A stretch of DNA of 64,000 nt from an uncultured Bacilli bacterium (GCA_934140285.1 CAKPBI010000006.1:7042-71041), one strand, 5' to 3'. Shown: positions 9,041-21,105, numbered from the stretch's first letter. The notes: generated by a model from the letters alone, not told the origin. Made by a program: numbers and translations.

Positions 9041-10894
9041 ATGAATATAATTAAAAAAATAAAATTATTTATTTGTAGTTTAGTTATTTTAATTTCTAGT
9101 GTTATAATGTCTGGATGTGTTGTCGAACAACCTAAAGAGAATTTTGAAAATTTCACTAATTCAATTTTCAAAACATTAATGGGGAACAATGAACTAACAT
9201 CTAATTATTTATTTAATAATCCTGAAAACTTTGGCCTAGAACGCTATGAACCAAGCCTACCAACACCAGGTAAAACTCAAGCGTTAGGTTTATTAATTAT
9301 TAACCTATATTTTGGTCAAATTAAAGGATTCAAATATGAAGAATTAAATGAAGATCAACAAATTACCTATGATATTATTGTTGATTTATTAGATGGTATT
9401 AATCAACAAAATGCATGTACGGGATATGCTTATTTAAGTAGTGATTATTTGGGATCATATCTAGGATACCAAGCTCAATTACCATTACTTCTTGTAGAAT
9501 ACAAATTTAAAGATAAGATTGATGTTGAAAACTACTTTAAATACCTTGACTTAGTTCCAGAAACCTTCAAAAAATATGTTGACTTTGAAATTGAAAAAGC
9601 TGACAATGGTTATGGTATGCCTGACTTTGTTATTGATAAGGTAGTAGGTCAATGTGAAAACTTCATAAATCAAGTAAAAAATAGTGATGGAACAACAGAC
9701 AATCACTTTATGATTACCGTTGTAAATAACAAAATAGATAATCTTAGTTTCTTAACAGAAGAAGAAAAAGAAACATACAAAAAGAAAAACATCGAGAAAG
9801 TTAATGGTCCGCTTCTTGAAGGATATCGTTATGTAAAAAATAATCTTCCTTCATTAAAGGGTCGTGCAACAAACAATATGGGTCTTGCACATTATGTTGG
9901 TGCTGATGGTGAGATGATTGGCCAAAAGTATTATGAAGTTGCCTTCAAAAAAGCCGTTGGCTACGATATCAGTGTTCCTGAAGCCAAAGCATATATTGAA
10001 AATAAATTACAACAACTAGAAAGTAAGAAAGAATATTTTGCAGAAATTGTAAAGTCTGATCCAACATTCTTAGAAAAAGTTGAAAATGCTAAGTTTATGG
10101 ATAATACACCAGAAGAACAAATTAGTTTATTCGAAAAATTAATTAATGGTCACTTTCCAAAATTAATTCTTCAAAATCCACTAAATATTCAAGTTAAATA
10201 TGTTGATAAATCAATGGAAGATAACTTTAGCCCTGCTGCTTACATGGTTTCTCCAATTGATGAATTTAATAATGAATATATCTATTTAAATAAAAAATCA
10301 ATTATGAAATCATATTTAGATAGTGAGGGTAACTTAGTTAGTGATTATGATTATAATTACTTATACAATACCATTGCTCATGAAGGTATTCCAGGTCACT
10401 TATATCAAAATGTTTATTTCAAAAATAAAGAAACCAACATTATCAGAAAAGTCCTAAAGAATTCTGGCTATATGGAAGGCTGGGCAACTTATGCTGAACA
10501 TTATGTATATGACTTTTTAGAAGGATATGATCAAAATATAATTGATTATTATAAATGGCAAGATGACTATCAAGGTGCAATCTACTCAAGACTTGATATG
10601 GGTATTCACTATGATGGTTGGACACTCGAAGAAACTTATAATTTTTTAACTAAATATTATAAGATTAATATGGAACAAGCTCAATCAATCTATGAAAGAT
10701 TAATTGAAGTTCCTAATAATTGCCAACAATACTATTTCACATATTTCAAACTTTGTGATTTACGTGACAAAGTAATGAACAAGATGCAAACTGAATTTGA
10801 TCCAGTTAAGTTCCATGAACTAATTCTTAATTGTGGTCCTATTCCTCTAAAATATGTCGAAGCAAGAGTCTTAAAAGCTTATGGCATTGAATAA
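9041..10894 (+). CDS. DUF885-family lipoprotein (putative metallopeptidase-like)
   Basis: The signal peptide ends in the lipobox MSGC. The motif HEGIPGHLYQ matches the DUF885 HExxPGHxxQ signature. A consensus promoter (TTGATA-17-TATAAT) sits at about 8929-8962 and the RBS is AAAGGGG. Confidence 0.6.
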   Translation: MNIIKKIKLFICSLVILISSVIMSGCVVEQPKENFENFTNSIFKTLMGNNELTSNYLFNNPENFGLERYEPSLPTPGKTQALGLLIINLYFGQIKGFKYEELNEDQQITYDIIVDLLDGINQQNACTGYAYLSSDYLGSYLGYQAQLPLLLVEYKFKDKIDVENYFKYLDLVPETFKKYVDFEIEKADNGYGMPDFVIDKVVGQCENFINQVKNSDGTTDNHFMITVVNNKIDNLSFLTEEEKETYKKKNIEKVNGPLLEGYRYVKNNLPSLKGRATNNMGLAHYVGADGEMIGQKYYEVAFKKAVGYDISVPEAKAYIENKLQQLESKKEYFAEIVKSDPTFLEKVENAKFMDNTPEEQISLFEKLINGHFPKLILQNPLNIQVKYVDKSMEDNFSPAAYMVSPIDEFNNEYIYLNKKSIMKSYLDSEGNLVSDYDYNYLYNTIAHEGIPGHLYQNVYFKNKETNIIRKVLKNSGYMEGWATYAEHYVYDFLEGYDQNIIDYYKWQDDYQGAIYSRLDMGIHYDGWTLEETYNFLTKYYKINMEQAQSIYERLIEVPNNCQQYYFTYFKLCDLRDKVMNKMQTEFDPVKFHELILNCGPIPLKYVEARVLKAYGIE

Positions 10895-10968
10895 AAGCAA
10901 ATTATAAGAAAAAATAACAAAAATTTGGTATAATTACAAAAGTAAAAATAAGAAGGAGATTAATTCGT

Positions 10969-12291
10969 ATGAGTGAATTAAAAGTAAATGTAGAAAAACT
11001 ATCAGAGAGTCAAGTTAAATTAACAATTGACGTAACAGCTGAACAATTTGATGAAGCTTTAGACAGAGCTTTTGAAAAAGTAATTAAAAATGTAAAAATT
11101 GATGGTTTTAGACAAGGTAAAGCTCCAAAGAGTGTATTTATTAACCACTATGGTTGGGAAAGTCTATACCAAGATGGTATTGAATTTGCTTTACAAGCTA
11201 CTTACTATCTAGCTTTACAACAAGCAGAAGTAATGCCTGTATCTGATCCCAAAATTGATTTAAATGTTGCTGAAATCAAAAAAGGACAAGGTTTCACATA
11301 TACAGCTGTTGTTGATGTATGGCCAGATGCTGTAATCGGTGAATACAAAGGATTAAGTATTAAACCTAAATCAACAAGAGTAACAAAGAAAATGGTTGAT
11401 GAATATATTGCTCAACAATTAAAAGGCAAAGCTGAAATCATGGTTAAAGAAGGCCCTGCCGCTTTAGGTGATACAGTTGTAATCGATTTTGAAGGATTTG
11501 TTGATGGTGTTGCCTTTGAAGGTGGCAAAGCTGAAAACTACCCTCTAGAACTTGGTTCAAATTCATTTATCCCTGGTTTTGAAGATCAACTAGTTGGAAC
11601 TAAATCAGGTGATGAACTAGATGTTAACGTAGTATTCCCTGAAAACTATCATGCAGAACTTGCTTCTAAAGCTGCTGTATTTAAAGTTAAAGTTCATGAA
11701 GTAAAAGAAAAAGTACAACCTGAACTAACTGATGATGTAGTTCTTGAAATGGAACTTCCAGAAGTAAAGACAGTAAGTGAATATACAACATATGTTAAAA
11801 ATCTATTAAAACAAGAAAAAGAACAAGAAGCAGAAAACTACTTTATGGATACTTTAATGAAGAAAATTGAAAAGAATTCAAAAATTGTAATTCCTCAAAC
11901 TGTTATTGATAATGAAGTTGAAAAACAAGTTAAGAGACTTGAACAACAAGCACAACAATATAAAGTACCTACTGAAGTATTAGTTCAATACAGCGGATTT
12001 GAAAGCTTAGAAGCATATCGTCAAGCTGGTGCTGAATATGTTAAACGTCAAATTACCGAAGAAATTATTATTGAAGAAATCATTAAAAAAGAACAATTTG
12101 AAGTTTCTAAAGAAGAAGTAGAAAATGAATACAAGAAACTTGCTAATGTTTTAGATACAGACACTGAAGAAGAAGCAACTAAAAAAGTTAATGATGTTAA
12201 GAAAAAATATGATGCAAGTCAAGTTGAACATCATTTAATGATGGTTAAAGCTATTGATTTAATTAAATCAAGTGCTGTAATTACTAAATAA
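10969..12291 (+). CDS. tig: trigger factor
   Basis: The N-terminus MSELKVNVEKLSESQVKLTIDV, the 440-aa size with an acidic C-terminus, and the position upstream of clpX-lon all fit tig. Confidence 0.9.
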   Translation: MSELKVNVEKLSESQVKLTIDVTAEQFDEALDRAFEKVIKNVKIDGFRQGKAPKSVFINHYGWESLYQDGIEFALQATYYLALQQAEVMPVSDPKIDLNVAEIKKGQGFTYTAVVDVWPDAVIGEYKGLSIKPKSTRVTKKMVDEYIAQQLKGKAEIMVKEGPAALGDTVVIDFEGFVDGVAFEGGKAENYPLELGSNSFIPGFEDQLVGTKSGDELDVNVVFPENYHAELASKAAVFKVKVHEVKEKVQPELTDDVVLEMELPEVKTVSEYTTYVKNLLKQEKEQEAENYFMDTLMKKIEKNSKIVIPQTVIDNEVEKQVKRLEQQAQQYKVPTEVLVQYSGFESLEAYRQAGAEYVKRQITEEIIIEEIIKKEQFEVSKEEVENEYKKLANVLDTDTEEEATKKVNDVKKKYDASQVEHHLMMVKAIDLIKSSAVITK

Positions 12292-12342
12292 AGCTAATAA
12301 AAAATGAATTTCGCTCCATAATAATTATGGAGCGTGATTATT

Positions 12343-13521
12343 ATGGATAAACATTATTGTTCGTTTTGTAACCGAGAAATAACAATTGAAAATTTTGGAG
12401 TTGAAGGAAACCATGCATGGATGTGTATGGACTGCCTTGAACTCTATTATGAATTATTAAACTTTGACAAAAAAGAAGTTCTAAATAGCGACTTTTTAAA
12501 AGAAACTGCTAAAGAAAACATTTCCCCAAGATATATCTATGATAAACTAAGTGAAATGGTCATTAGCCAAGATAATGCTAAAAAGGTTTTAGCTGTTGCT
12601 TTATATGAACACTATAAAAGAATAACTTGTCCAGAGTTAGATGATTTAGAAAAACCTAACATCTTAATGATTGGTCCAACTGGGGTAGGTAAAACTTTAC
12701 TTGCAAAATCAATGGCATCAATCCTCAATCTTCCCCTTGCTATCTGTGACGCAACAGTGTATACCCAAGCTGGCTATGTAGGAGAAGATGTAGAAAATAT
12801 TCTCTTAAAATTGTTACAAAATGCAGACTATGATTTAGAACTTGCTCAAAAAGGCATCGTCTTTATTGATGAATTTGATAAACTCGCAAGAAAAGGGGAA
12901 AATCCATCAATAACAAGAGATGTATCAGGAGAGGGAGTTCAAAACTCATTACTAAAAATCATTGAGGGAAATATTGTTAATGTACCGCCTCAAGGTGGTC
13001 GTAAACACCCATATCAAGAGTACTTAAAATTTGATACATCAAAAGTTCTATTTATTTGTGCAGGAAGTTTTGAAGGACTAGACAAAGTAAAAAATAATGT
13101 TGTTGGATTTGAAAATACAACGCAAAAAGATCAAAACTTAATAGATACTAGAAAACTTCAAAAGTTTGGCATTATTCCCGAAATCCTAGGTCGTCTTCCT
13201 GTTATCACAAGACTTGAACCACTAACCTTAGAAGATTTAGAAAAGATCCTAACCTTACCAAAAAAGGCTATCACCAAGGAATATGAAAGATTATTTAAAA
13301 GTGATAATATCCATCTGATATTTTCTGAAAGTGCAATCAAAGAAATCGCAAAAAAAGCCTTTGATGAAGGTACTGGTGCTAGAGCTCTTAGAAAAATCAT
13401 TGAAGAAAGAATGCTTGATGTAATGTTTGAATTACCTTATAACAATGAAATAAACCAAATAATAATCGAAAAAGAAAATATAGAATATAATTTATGCAAG
13501 GAGGCTATCCCTTCCGCATAA
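12343..13521 (+). CDS. clpX: ATP-dependent Clp protease ATP-binding subunit ClpX
   Basis: It has an N-terminal C4 zinc finger (CSFCN...CMDC) and a Walker A motif GPTGVGKT. Confidence 0.9.
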   Translation: MDKHYCSFCNREITIENFGVEGNHAWMCMDCLELYYELLNFDKKEVLNSDFLKETAKENISPRYIYDKLSEMVISQDNAKKVLAVALYEHYKRITCPELDDLEKPNILMIGPTGVGKTLLAKSMASILNLPLAICDATVYTQAGYVGEDVENILLKLLQNADYDLELAQKGIVFIDEFDKLARKGENPSITRDVSGEGVQNSLLKIIEGNIVNVPPQGGRKHPYQEYLKFDTSKVLFICAGSFEGLDKVKNNVVGFENTTQKDQNLIDTRKLQKFGIIPEILGRLPVITRLEPLTLEDLEKILTLPKKAITKEYERLFKSDNIHLIFSESAIKEIAKKAFDEGTGARALRKIIEERMLDVMFELPYNNEINQIIIEKENIEYNLCKEAIPSA

Positions 13522-13535
13522 AGAAAGGAGACAAA

Positions 13536-15869
13536 ATGTTTGACAAAAATATAGAAGAAAGAGAACAACTTCCAGCTATATCCCTTTCTGATATCGTTCC
13601 ACTTCCAGGTAATGAAATTAGAATTGATGTAAATAATGATAGTGACATCAAAGCATTAAAAGTAGCAGAGCAATATCGTAACTATTTAGTTGTTCTATTC
13701 ACATTAAAAGGTAAAGATGATTTTGATACTCCTAAAATTGATAGATATTATCAAATGGGGATTCTATCAAAAGTTGTTCTACATATGACTAATCCAAATG
13801 GTTCTCATCGCATAAAAATCCAACCAATCGTTCGTTGCCATGTAAATGAATTTACCCTAACTAACCCTAACTTAATGGTTGATTTTACAACTTGTCCATC
13901 TTATACTGAAGATGAAAACAAAGAACTTGCGACATTAGAACTAATAAAACAAGAATTGGTATCAGACAATAAAATGATATCAGTAATTGAAAATCGTGAT
14001 TCAATCCTAAAAGCACTAAGAAAAGAAACAACTAGTGATGAATTTAGTGATTTAATTGCCTTTAATTTAGTAGGAGATTATAAAACACATTTACGTTACG
14101 TTTTTGAAACTAACATTAACACACGTTTAATATACATTCTTGAAGACCTAAGAAAGCAAAAAGTTTTCCGCTCTTTAGAAATGAAAATAGATGAAGAAGT
14201 AAAACGAAGCATCAATGAAAGTCAAAAAGAATATTACCTACGTGAAAAAATGAGAGCAATCCAAGATGAACTTGGTGATAAAGCTAAGAAAGAAACAGAT
14301 ATTGATTTGTTAAGAGAACAAATCAAAAAATCAGGTATGCCAAAAACTGTTGAAGAAAAGGCCTTAAACGAATTAAATCGTTATGCATCTACGCCTAGCA
14401 CATCACCTGAATCAGGAATTATCCGTTCATACATTGACTTCTTAATAGCTTTACCATGGAATAAACAATCTGTTGATTCTAATGATATTATGCTTGCTAA
14501 AAAGATTCTTGATCAAGATCACTATGGTCTTGATAAAGTAAAAGAAAGAATTCTTGAATATTTAGCAGTCAAAATTATGACTGGTAAAAATCCTCTAACC
14601 ATTCTTTGTCTTGTTGGTCCTCCAGGAGTTGGTAAAACATCTCTCGCAAGATCAATTGCTAAAGCCTTAAACAAAGAATTTGTATCGCTTCGTTTAGGTG
14701 GTGTAAAAGATGAAGCAGAAATAAGAGGTCACCGTCGTACTTACCTTGGTGCTCTTCCAGGTAGAATTCTTCAAAATCTAAAACGTGCAGGAACAAATAA
14801 TCCCGTTTTCTTACTTGATGAAATCGACAAAATGAGTAGTGATTACAAGGGTGACCCCGCAAGTGCAATGCTTGAAGTACTAGATCCTGAACAAAATAAA
14901 TTCTTTAGTGATAACTATCTTGAAGAACCATTCGATCTATCTCAAGTATTCTTCATTGCGACAGCTAACTACCTAGATAATATTCCCGAAACTTTACGTG
15001 ATCGTATTGAAATTGTTGAATTATCAAGTTACACTGAGTATGAAAAGTTTGAAATAGCTAAAAACTATTTAATTAAAAAACAACTTTCTTCCAATGGCCT
15101 TGATGAATCAAAATTTTCAATTAGTGATCAAGCAATCTACACAATAATTCAAAACTATACTCGTGAAGCCGGTGTTCGTGAACTGGAAAGATTAATCGGA
15201 ACAATTGTTAGAAAATCAGTAAAGATTGTATTAATGGATGGAAAAGAAAGAGTCGATGTAACAGTTGATAATCTTGAAGAATTCCTCGGCAAGCAACGCT
15301 TTGTCAATAATAAAACTGAAGAATCAGATTTAGTAGGTGTTGTAACAGGTCTTGCTTACACCCAATTTGGTGGTGACACTTTATCAATCGAAGCAACCCA
15401 CTATAAAGGTGAGGGTAGAGTACTTCTAACAGGTAAACTTGGTGATGTAATGAAAGAATCAGCTCAAGCTGCATTCTCATATGTTAAAACTAATGCGGAA
15501 AGATTTGGTATTGATCTTAAAGAAATTAAAGAATCAGACTTACACATCCATGTTCCTGAAGGTGCAATCCCTAAGGATGGTCCATCAGCTGGTGTTACCA
15601 TTACAATGGCGATAATTTCAACTTTCACAAATCGTCCTGTTCGTCATGATATTGGAATGACTGGTGAAGTAACCCTAAGAGGCCAAGTTCTTCCAATTGG
15701 TGGTTTAAGAGAAAAATCAATAGCTGCTCATCGTAGCGGATTAAAGAAAATAATAATACCTTATGATAATCTAAGAGACATTGATGAAATACCTGAAAGC
15801 GTTAGAAATAGCCTTGAAATCATCCCTGTAAAACAAGTAGATGAAATAATTGAAATTATTCTAAAATAA
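13536..15869 (+). CDS. lon: ATP-dependent protease Lon (LonA)
   Basis: It has a Walker A motif GPPGVGKTS and the protease active-site motif DGPSAG. The RBS AAGGAG precedes the ATG at 13536. Confidence 0.9.
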   Translation: MFDKNIEEREQLPAISLSDIVPLPGNEIRIDVNNDSDIKALKVAEQYRNYLVVLFTLKGKDDFDTPKIDRYYQMGILSKVVLHMTNPNGSHRIKIQPIVRCHVNEFTLTNPNLMVDFTTCPSYTEDENKELATLELIKQELVSDNKMISVIENRDSILKALRKETTSDEFSDLIAFNLVGDYKTHLRYVFETNINTRLIYILEDLRKQKVFRSLEMKIDEEVKRSINESQKEYYLREKMRAIQDELGDKAKKETDIDLLREQIKKSGMPKTVEEKALNELNRYASTPSTSPESGIIRSYIDFLIALPWNKQSVDSNDIMLAKKILDQDHYGLDKVKERILEYLAVKIMTGKNPLTILCLVGPPGVGKTSLARSIAKALNKEFVSLRLGGVKDEAEIRGHRRTYLGALPGRILQNLKRAGTNNPVFLLDEIDKMSSDYKGDPASAMLEVLDPEQNKFFSDNYLEEPFDLSQVFFIATANYLDNIPETLRDRIEIVELSSYTEYEKFEIAKNYLIKKQLSSNGLDESKFSISDQAIYTIIQNYTREAGVRELERLIGTIVRKSVKIVLMDGKERVDVTVDNLEEFLGKQRFVNNKTEESDLVGVVTGLAYTQFGGDTLSIEATHYKGEGRVLLTGKLGDVMKESAQAAFSYVKTNAERFGIDLKEIKESDLHIHVPEGAIPKDGPSAGVTITMAIISTFTNRPVRHDIGMTGEVTLRGQVLPIGGLREKSIAAHRSGLKKIIIPYDNLRDIDEIPESVRNSLEIIPVKQVDEIIEIILK

Positions 15870-15956
15870 CAAAAAAGTAAAACGATTGCATTATTTGTTA
15901 TCTTATGATATAATAACAAAGAATTGTATAAAAAAATAGATAAATGGAGGCCTTTT

Positions 15957-16196
15957 ATGAGTGCTTTAAAATGGTATGACTATATTTTACTAGTAGTATC
16001 TGTATTAATGATTTTATTAGTTGTTGTTCAATCATCTAAAGAAGATGGTATGTCAGCTTTCACTGGTGAAAAATCAGATTTATTTGCTAATCAAAAACAA
16101 AGAGGATTAGAAAAAGCTATCAATACAACAACTACAGTATTATCAGTTATCTTCTTTATTTTAACAATCGTTGTTAGATTAATTGAAAGATACTAA
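15957..16196 (+). CDS. secG: preprotein translocase subunit SecG
   Basis: It is a two-TM, roughly 80-aa protein. LQSSK...LFG.QK.RGL...T.VL...FF.LTI aligns with Bacillus SecG. It has the conserved position upstream of rnr-smpB. The RBS is TGGAGG and a terminator lies at 16210-16234. Confidence 0.65.
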   Translation: MSALKWYDYILLVVSVLMILLVVVQSSKEDGMSAFTGEKSDLFANQKQRGLEKAINTTTTVLSVIFFILTIVVRLIERY

Positions 16197-16259
16197 AAAA
16201 AGAAACATAGGGCTTAGGTTTAAGCCCTTTTTTCACGAAAATTTAAAGGAGGTGAAACA

Positions 16260-18395
16260 ATGAAAGAAAGAATAATTAATTTATTAAAAACCCCAAAACA
16301 TCAACTAAGAACTTTAGATGAAATTTATAAAGATTTAAATTTAACGCAAGAAGATGAATTTGATGAAGTAGGTAGTGCCCTAGAAGAACTTGAAAATGAT
16401 TTTATTATTACTCATAATAAACAAAATCAATTTGCGTTACTAGAATACTTTAACCTTGTAAAAGGAGTTATAAACATTAAAGATGCTGGCTTTGGTTTTG
16501 TTGATGGCGAAACCTTTAGTGTTCATATTAGTGAAAACAACCTTCATACCGCAATGTCAGGCGATACTATTTTAGTTCGCTTTAAACAAGAAAGAAATAA
16601 AAGCTTTGAAGGTGAAGTTGTAAGAATCATTACAAGAGCTACAACTTTCATTGTTGGACCACTAAAGAAACATAAAAATCGCTTCTTTGTAAAAGGATTA
16701 ATCAATAAAATTAATGTTTGGGCAAGTATTAAAGATGTTGATCAAAAAATACTTAATAAAGTAGTAAAAGTTGAAATTACTAAATATTATAAGTATGATC
16801 AAGTAGAAGCCAAAATTAAAGAAGTATATGGTGATGAATTTGAAATAGGCATGGATATTACAATGCAAGTTCTTGCGAGCGGGGTTAAATATCAATTTGA
16901 TGATGAAACCATCAAAGAAGCAAAATCCATCCCTCAAGAAGTTGATATAAATAAATACAAAAATCGCCATGACCTAACAAAAGAAACAATAATTACCATT
17001 GATGGTGATGATGCAAGGGATTATGATGACGCGGTAACTTTAAAAGTTTTAGATAATGGGAACTACCTTCTAAAAGTATGCATCGCAGATGTCAGTGAAT
17101 ATGTCAAAGAAGGATCTTTCTTAGATATGGAAGCATATGAAAGAGGTACAAGTATTTATTTGCCAGATAGGGTAATCCCGATGTTACCACTAGAACTTTC
17201 TAATGGCATTTGTTCACTAAATGAAGGGGTAAACCGCTTGGTTGAAGTTGCTGAGATTGAACTTGACAAAGAAGCCAAAATCATTAATACATCATTTTAT
17301 GAAGGTATTATGAAAAGTAGTCATCGTATGACATATAGTTCTGTAAATAAAATAATTGAAGATGAAGATAAAGAAATGATTGAAAAATATCAAGATATTT
17401 ATGAAATGCTTATTTTGATGAACAATCTATCAAAAAAACTATACGAAAAACGAATCAAACGTGGATCATTTGATTTTGAAACTACCGAAGTAAAAGTAAA
17501 TCTTGATAAAAATGGTAACGTCATTGACTTATCTTACCGCGAAAGAAGAAGTGCTGAAAAATTAATTGAAGAATTCATGTTAGTCGCAAACGAAAGTGTG
17601 GCTGAACAAATGACATGGCTGGATGTCCCTTTTATCTACCGTGTTCATGATGAACCAGATGATGAAAGATTAAATCTTTTTTTGACTAGACTGAAGAGTT
17701 TAAAACAAGAATTCTCATATAAAAATAAGGCAGCTCTACCAAAAGCTCTTCAACAATTCTTGATAAACACAAATGATGAAAGCAACCCACTAGAAAAAAC
17801 TTTAAAAGTTGTTTTAAGTAATACTTTACTTAGAACAATGTCAAAGGCTAAATACCAAGAAGAAAATATTGGTCACTATGGCCTTGCGAGTAAGTGTTAT
17901 ACCCATTTTACATCACCAATAAGAAGATACCCTGATCTTCTCGTTCATCGCCTAATGAAACAATTCTTATTCAATGAAAGTGAAACTAACAATGATCCTA
18001 TTCTATACTTTACAAAAAAAGTTCATGACACCGGCATTCAAGCGTCACTTAAAGAAAAAACGGCAGAACGCTTAGAAAGAGATACTACTGACATGAAAAA
18101 ATGTGAATATATGGAACAATTTATGGGAAAAGTATTCACAGGTATGATTTCATCAGTCGTTAACTGGGGACTTTACATAACTTTAGAAAATACCGTTGAA
18201 GGTCTTGCGAGATTTGAAAATCTTCCCTATGACTATTATGAAGTAGATGAGAAAAAAGGAATTATCTATGGAAAGAAAAAAGATCATATCTATAGACTTG
18301 GCGATGTAGTTAAGGTAAAATTAATAGATATAAATATAGAAAAGCATCAAATAACATTTAAAATGTTAGGAAAGTTGGAAAATGAAGACAAATAA
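16260..18395 (+). CDS. rnr: ribonuclease R
   Basis: It is an RNB-family exoribonuclease with cold-shock and S1 domains. The motif TSPIRRYPDL is present. It lies between secG and smpB. Confidence 0.85.
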   Translation: MKERIINLLKTPKHQLRTLDEIYKDLNLTQEDEFDEVGSALEELENDFIITHNKQNQFALLEYFNLVKGVINIKDAGFGFVDGETFSVHISENNLHTAMSGDTILVRFKQERNKSFEGEVVRIITRATTFIVGPLKKHKNRFFVKGLINKINVWASIKDVDQKILNKVVKVEITKYYKYDQVEAKIKEVYGDEFEIGMDITMQVLASGVKYQFDDETIKEAKSIPQEVDINKYKNRHDLTKETIITIDGDDARDYDDAVTLKVLDNGNYLLKVCIADVSEYVKEGSFLDMEAYERGTSIYLPDRVIPMLPLELSNGICSLNEGVNRLVEVAEIELDKEAKIINTSFYEGIMKSSHRMTYSSVNKIIEDEDKEMIEKYQDIYEMLILMNNLSKKLYEKRIKRGSFDFETTEVKVNLDKNGNVIDLSYRERRSAEKLIEEFMLVANESVAEQMTWLDVPFIYRVHDEPDDERLNLFLTRLKSLKQEFSYKNKAALPKALQQFLINTNDESNPLEKTLKVVLSNTLLRTMSKAKYQEENIGHYGLASKCYTHFTSPIRRYPDLLVHRLMKQFLFNESETNNDPILYFTKKVHDTGIQASLKEKTAERLERDTTDMKKCEYMEQFMGKVFTGMISSVVNWGLYITLENTVEGLARFENLPYDYYEVDEKKGIIYGKKKDHIYRLGDVVKVKLIDINIEKHQITFKMLGKLENEDK

Positions 18396-18849
18396 TGAAA
18401 AAATAATATGCCAAAATAAAAGAGCATATCATGACTATTTCATCGAAGAAGAAATTGAAGCAGGTCTTGTTCTAAAAGGAACGGAAATCAAATCAATTAG
18501 AAATGGTAAAGTAAGCATTCAAGAAAGCTATTGTGAAATAAAAAACAATGAAATGTTTATTGTAGGTATGACTATTTCTCCATATGAAATGGGGAATATC
18601 TTTAATCACATTCCGGATGCGAAAAGAAAATTACTACTTCACCATCGTGAAATCATAAAGCTAGGTCAAAAAATTCAAAAAGAAGGTTATACCATAATCC
18701 CATTAAGGATTGTAATTAGAAATGGTATTGCTAAAATCGATATTGGCATTGCAAAAGGTAAAAAACTTTATGATAAGCGTGAAGACCTAAAAAAAGCTAG
18801 TGACCTAATGTATGTAAAAAAGGCAACCAAGGAGGAAACATATGGATAA
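18382..18849 (+). CDS. smpB: SsrA-binding protein SmpB
   Basis: The sequence KRAYHDYFIEEEIEAGLVLKGTEIKSIR is typical of SmpB. Confidence 0.9.
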   Translation: MKTNNEKIICQNKRAYHDYFIEEEIEAGLVLKGTEIKSIRNGKVSIQESYCEIKNNEMFIVGMTISPYEMGNIFNHIPDAKRKLLLHHREIIKLGQKIQKEGYTIIPLRIVIRNGIAKIDIGIAKGKKLYDKREDLKKASDLMYVKKATKEETYG

Positions 18850-20758
18850 ACAAACACTTGAAAAAATGTCACAATTTATAAACGATGGTAACTATGAAAA
18901 AGCAATTGAAGTACTTGATGAAGTAATACAAAATGAGCCAAAAAACTATCAAGCGATATTTAATCGAGCATTTATGGAATTTGTTTGTTTAAATAAAGTT
19001 GATGAAGACGTTATAAATGACTTTGACAAGGTCGCACAATCAAAAAGTGAACTAAAAGGAAAAGCCATTGCATGTTTAGTCATTGCATACAGTCACTTAG
19101 AAAACTATCGTGCTGCCTATTTATGTGGTAAAGCCAAAGATTGTGACTATAGTGATTTTGCACTTGACTATAATTTCGCAATGTCAAGAGCTTGTTTTTT
19201 CCTAGGTAATGAATACCTTGAAGAAGCCTTAGATTATATAAACAAATGTTTAGAAGATGAAAATGCTGATGAGTTTAATCACTACTACTGTAAAGTTGAC
19301 ATCTTACTTGAACTTGGTCGCTTTGATGAAGCATCACAATTACTTGATGATATGTATAGTCGTTTTGGTGCAAGCTTTAATTACTATTATGATCGTGCAA
19401 GAATAAACTTAGAATTATACAATCGCGATGAAAATAAGGATCCTCACTACCTTGAGGAAGCTGAAGCCTCAATCTTAGTCGCAAAAAAATATGAAGACAA
19501 AAATATCTCCATTGAACTATTACATATCGAAGTTCTTATGAACATGAAAAAGGCTAAAGAATCATTAGAAATTTTAGAAACAATTAAGAATGAACTAAAA
19601 GAAGAAGAATATATAATAAATAAATTAAAGATATATCAAGCAATAGATGATATAGATAGTATCATCACAACTGCTAAAGAATATTTAAAAACCAATGATT
19701 CTCCATTTATAAATAGCTACGTAGGTGCAACCTATCAAGATAATGCTAAAAGTAATGAAGATTTAAAGGAAGCCCTTCCTTATTATAAACATGCATATGA
19801 ACTTTCTCCAAATTACACTACTTTTATCCGCTTATATAACATAAACTATCTACTTCATTTAAATTCAGATAATCTTGAATTAATTAGAGATTATAATAAA
19901 AAAGCTGAGGATAGAAACGATACCCTAAATTGTCTTGCGACAACAAAATATCGCCTAAACCGTCCATATGATGAAATTGAAAGCGCGTATATGAAAAATG
20001 GCACTAAAAATGGTGTTGATTATTTAAAATTTATATCTATAATCTCAATGATTGATGTTAATCCTAAAAGATTCTATCGCTACTTTAAAAAATATAAAAA
20101 GATTCCTCTAGAAAAAATAGAAACTTGGAATTACAAAAAGTTAGGCTTTATGTTCTTATTTGGAGAAAATGGCTTAAGTGTAAACTATGATCGTGCTAAA
20201 GAATTTTTACTTGCATCATATAATGATGATCCTGATGAATCATGTAATATTTCGGCTTTAGCTCGTTTTTATGAAGTTACTGGTAACAATGAAGAAGCCT
20301 TTAAATTATATAAAGAAGCATATCTTAAACGTATCAACTACTTTGCGGCTCAATGTGTATGCTCAGATGGCTATATGGCTCATGCATACTTAAACGGAAT
20401 TGGAACTAAAGTAGATGAAGAAAAAGCCAAAGAAATAACGCTTAATGCTTTCAACTTCTTAAAAAAGACATGTAATAATACCATTATTTATCTATATACT
20501 TTTTTCGCATTACAAGGTGATGAAAGATTTAACCTTGAAACGGCAGAAGAATATCTCCAACTTACTTTCCCTTTTGAACGATACGAAATAACAAGATACA
20601 TGATGTTAAAAAGAGTAAAAGAAGCGCTAAATAAACCTACTGTGGACGTAGAAAGAGAAATAAAAAAATGTCTACCTTTTACAACAAAAATTGCTAAAGA
20701 CTTTTATAATGAACACAAAGATGATAAAATAATCTATATTTCTCCCGATTGCCTATGA
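18842..20758 (+). CDS. TPR-repeat-rich hypothetical protein
   Basis: Helical tetratricopeptide-like repeats run throughout (NYEKAIEVLDEVIQNEP, Sel1/TPR-like motifs). The RBS is AAGGAGG. Confidence 0.45.
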   Translation: MDKQTLEKMSQFINDGNYEKAIEVLDEVIQNEPKNYQAIFNRAFMEFVCLNKVDEDVINDFDKVAQSKSELKGKAIACLVIAYSHLENYRAAYLCGKAKDCDYSDFALDYNFAMSRACFFLGNEYLEEALDYINKCLEDENADEFNHYYCKVDILLELGRFDEASQLLDDMYSRFGASFNYYYDRARINLELYNRDENKDPHYLEEAEASILVAKKYEDKNISIELLHIEVLMNMKKAKESLEILETIKNELKEEEYIINKLKIYQAIDDIDSIITTAKEYLKTNDSPFINSYVGATYQDNAKSNEDLKEALPYYKHAYELSPNYTTFIRLYNINYLLHLNSDNLELIRDYNKKAEDRNDTLNCLATTKYRLNRPYDEIESAYMKNGTKNGVDYLKFISIISMIDVNPKRFYRYFKKYKKIPLEKIETWNYKKLGFMFLFGENGLSVNYDRAKEFLLASYNDDPDESCNISALARFYEVTGNNEEAFKLYKEAYLKRINYFAAQCVCSDGYMAHAYLNGIGTKVDEEKAKEITLNAFNFLKKTCNNTIIYLYTFFALQGDERFNLETAEEYLQLTFPFERYEITRYMMLKRVKEALNKPTVDVEREIKKCLPFTTKIAKDFYNEHKDDKIIYISPDCL

Positions 20759-21046
20759 TTTAATATTAAATCTTCGCATGATTAAATCAATTTTCCTTTT
20801 TAGTTCATTGTATTCATCACAACTTATATTACATTGATTTGCTGATGCTTGGGCATTATAGGTCAAAAGTAATTGTCCAACAAACTCTAACCAGTTACCT
20901 AGTGAGTTTTGTTGATCAACAGTAAGATTTTCAGCTAAAATATAACCAGTGATAGTACCAATCGTTGTAAATTGAAAAGGGGTTAAAGTCATTATCCAGT
21001 CAATAAATGACCGAATTTCATGAATATTTGAATTATTATTATTCAT
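20753..21046 (-). CDS. hypothetical small protein
   Basis: This 97-aa ORF has a strong RBS (AAGGGGGA) upstream on the minus strand and no recognisable domain. Confidence 0.4.
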   Translation of the reverse strand: MNNNNSNIHEIRSFIDWIMTLTPFQFTTIGTITGYILAENLTVDQQNSLGNWLEFVGQLLLTYNAQASANQCNISCDEYNELKRKIDLIMRRFNIKS

Positions 21047-21105
21047 AACATTTCCCCCTTATATAATAATACGAATAAATTATCAAAAAAATACGTGAGG
21101 CAAGA

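Noticed and set aside
13536-15869. Lon as a defence-related (BREX/Lon-like) protease.
   Set aside because: It is a full-length LonA with an N-terminal domain, AAA+ domain and S16 protease domain. It lies in the canonical tig-clpX-lon housekeeping arrangement.
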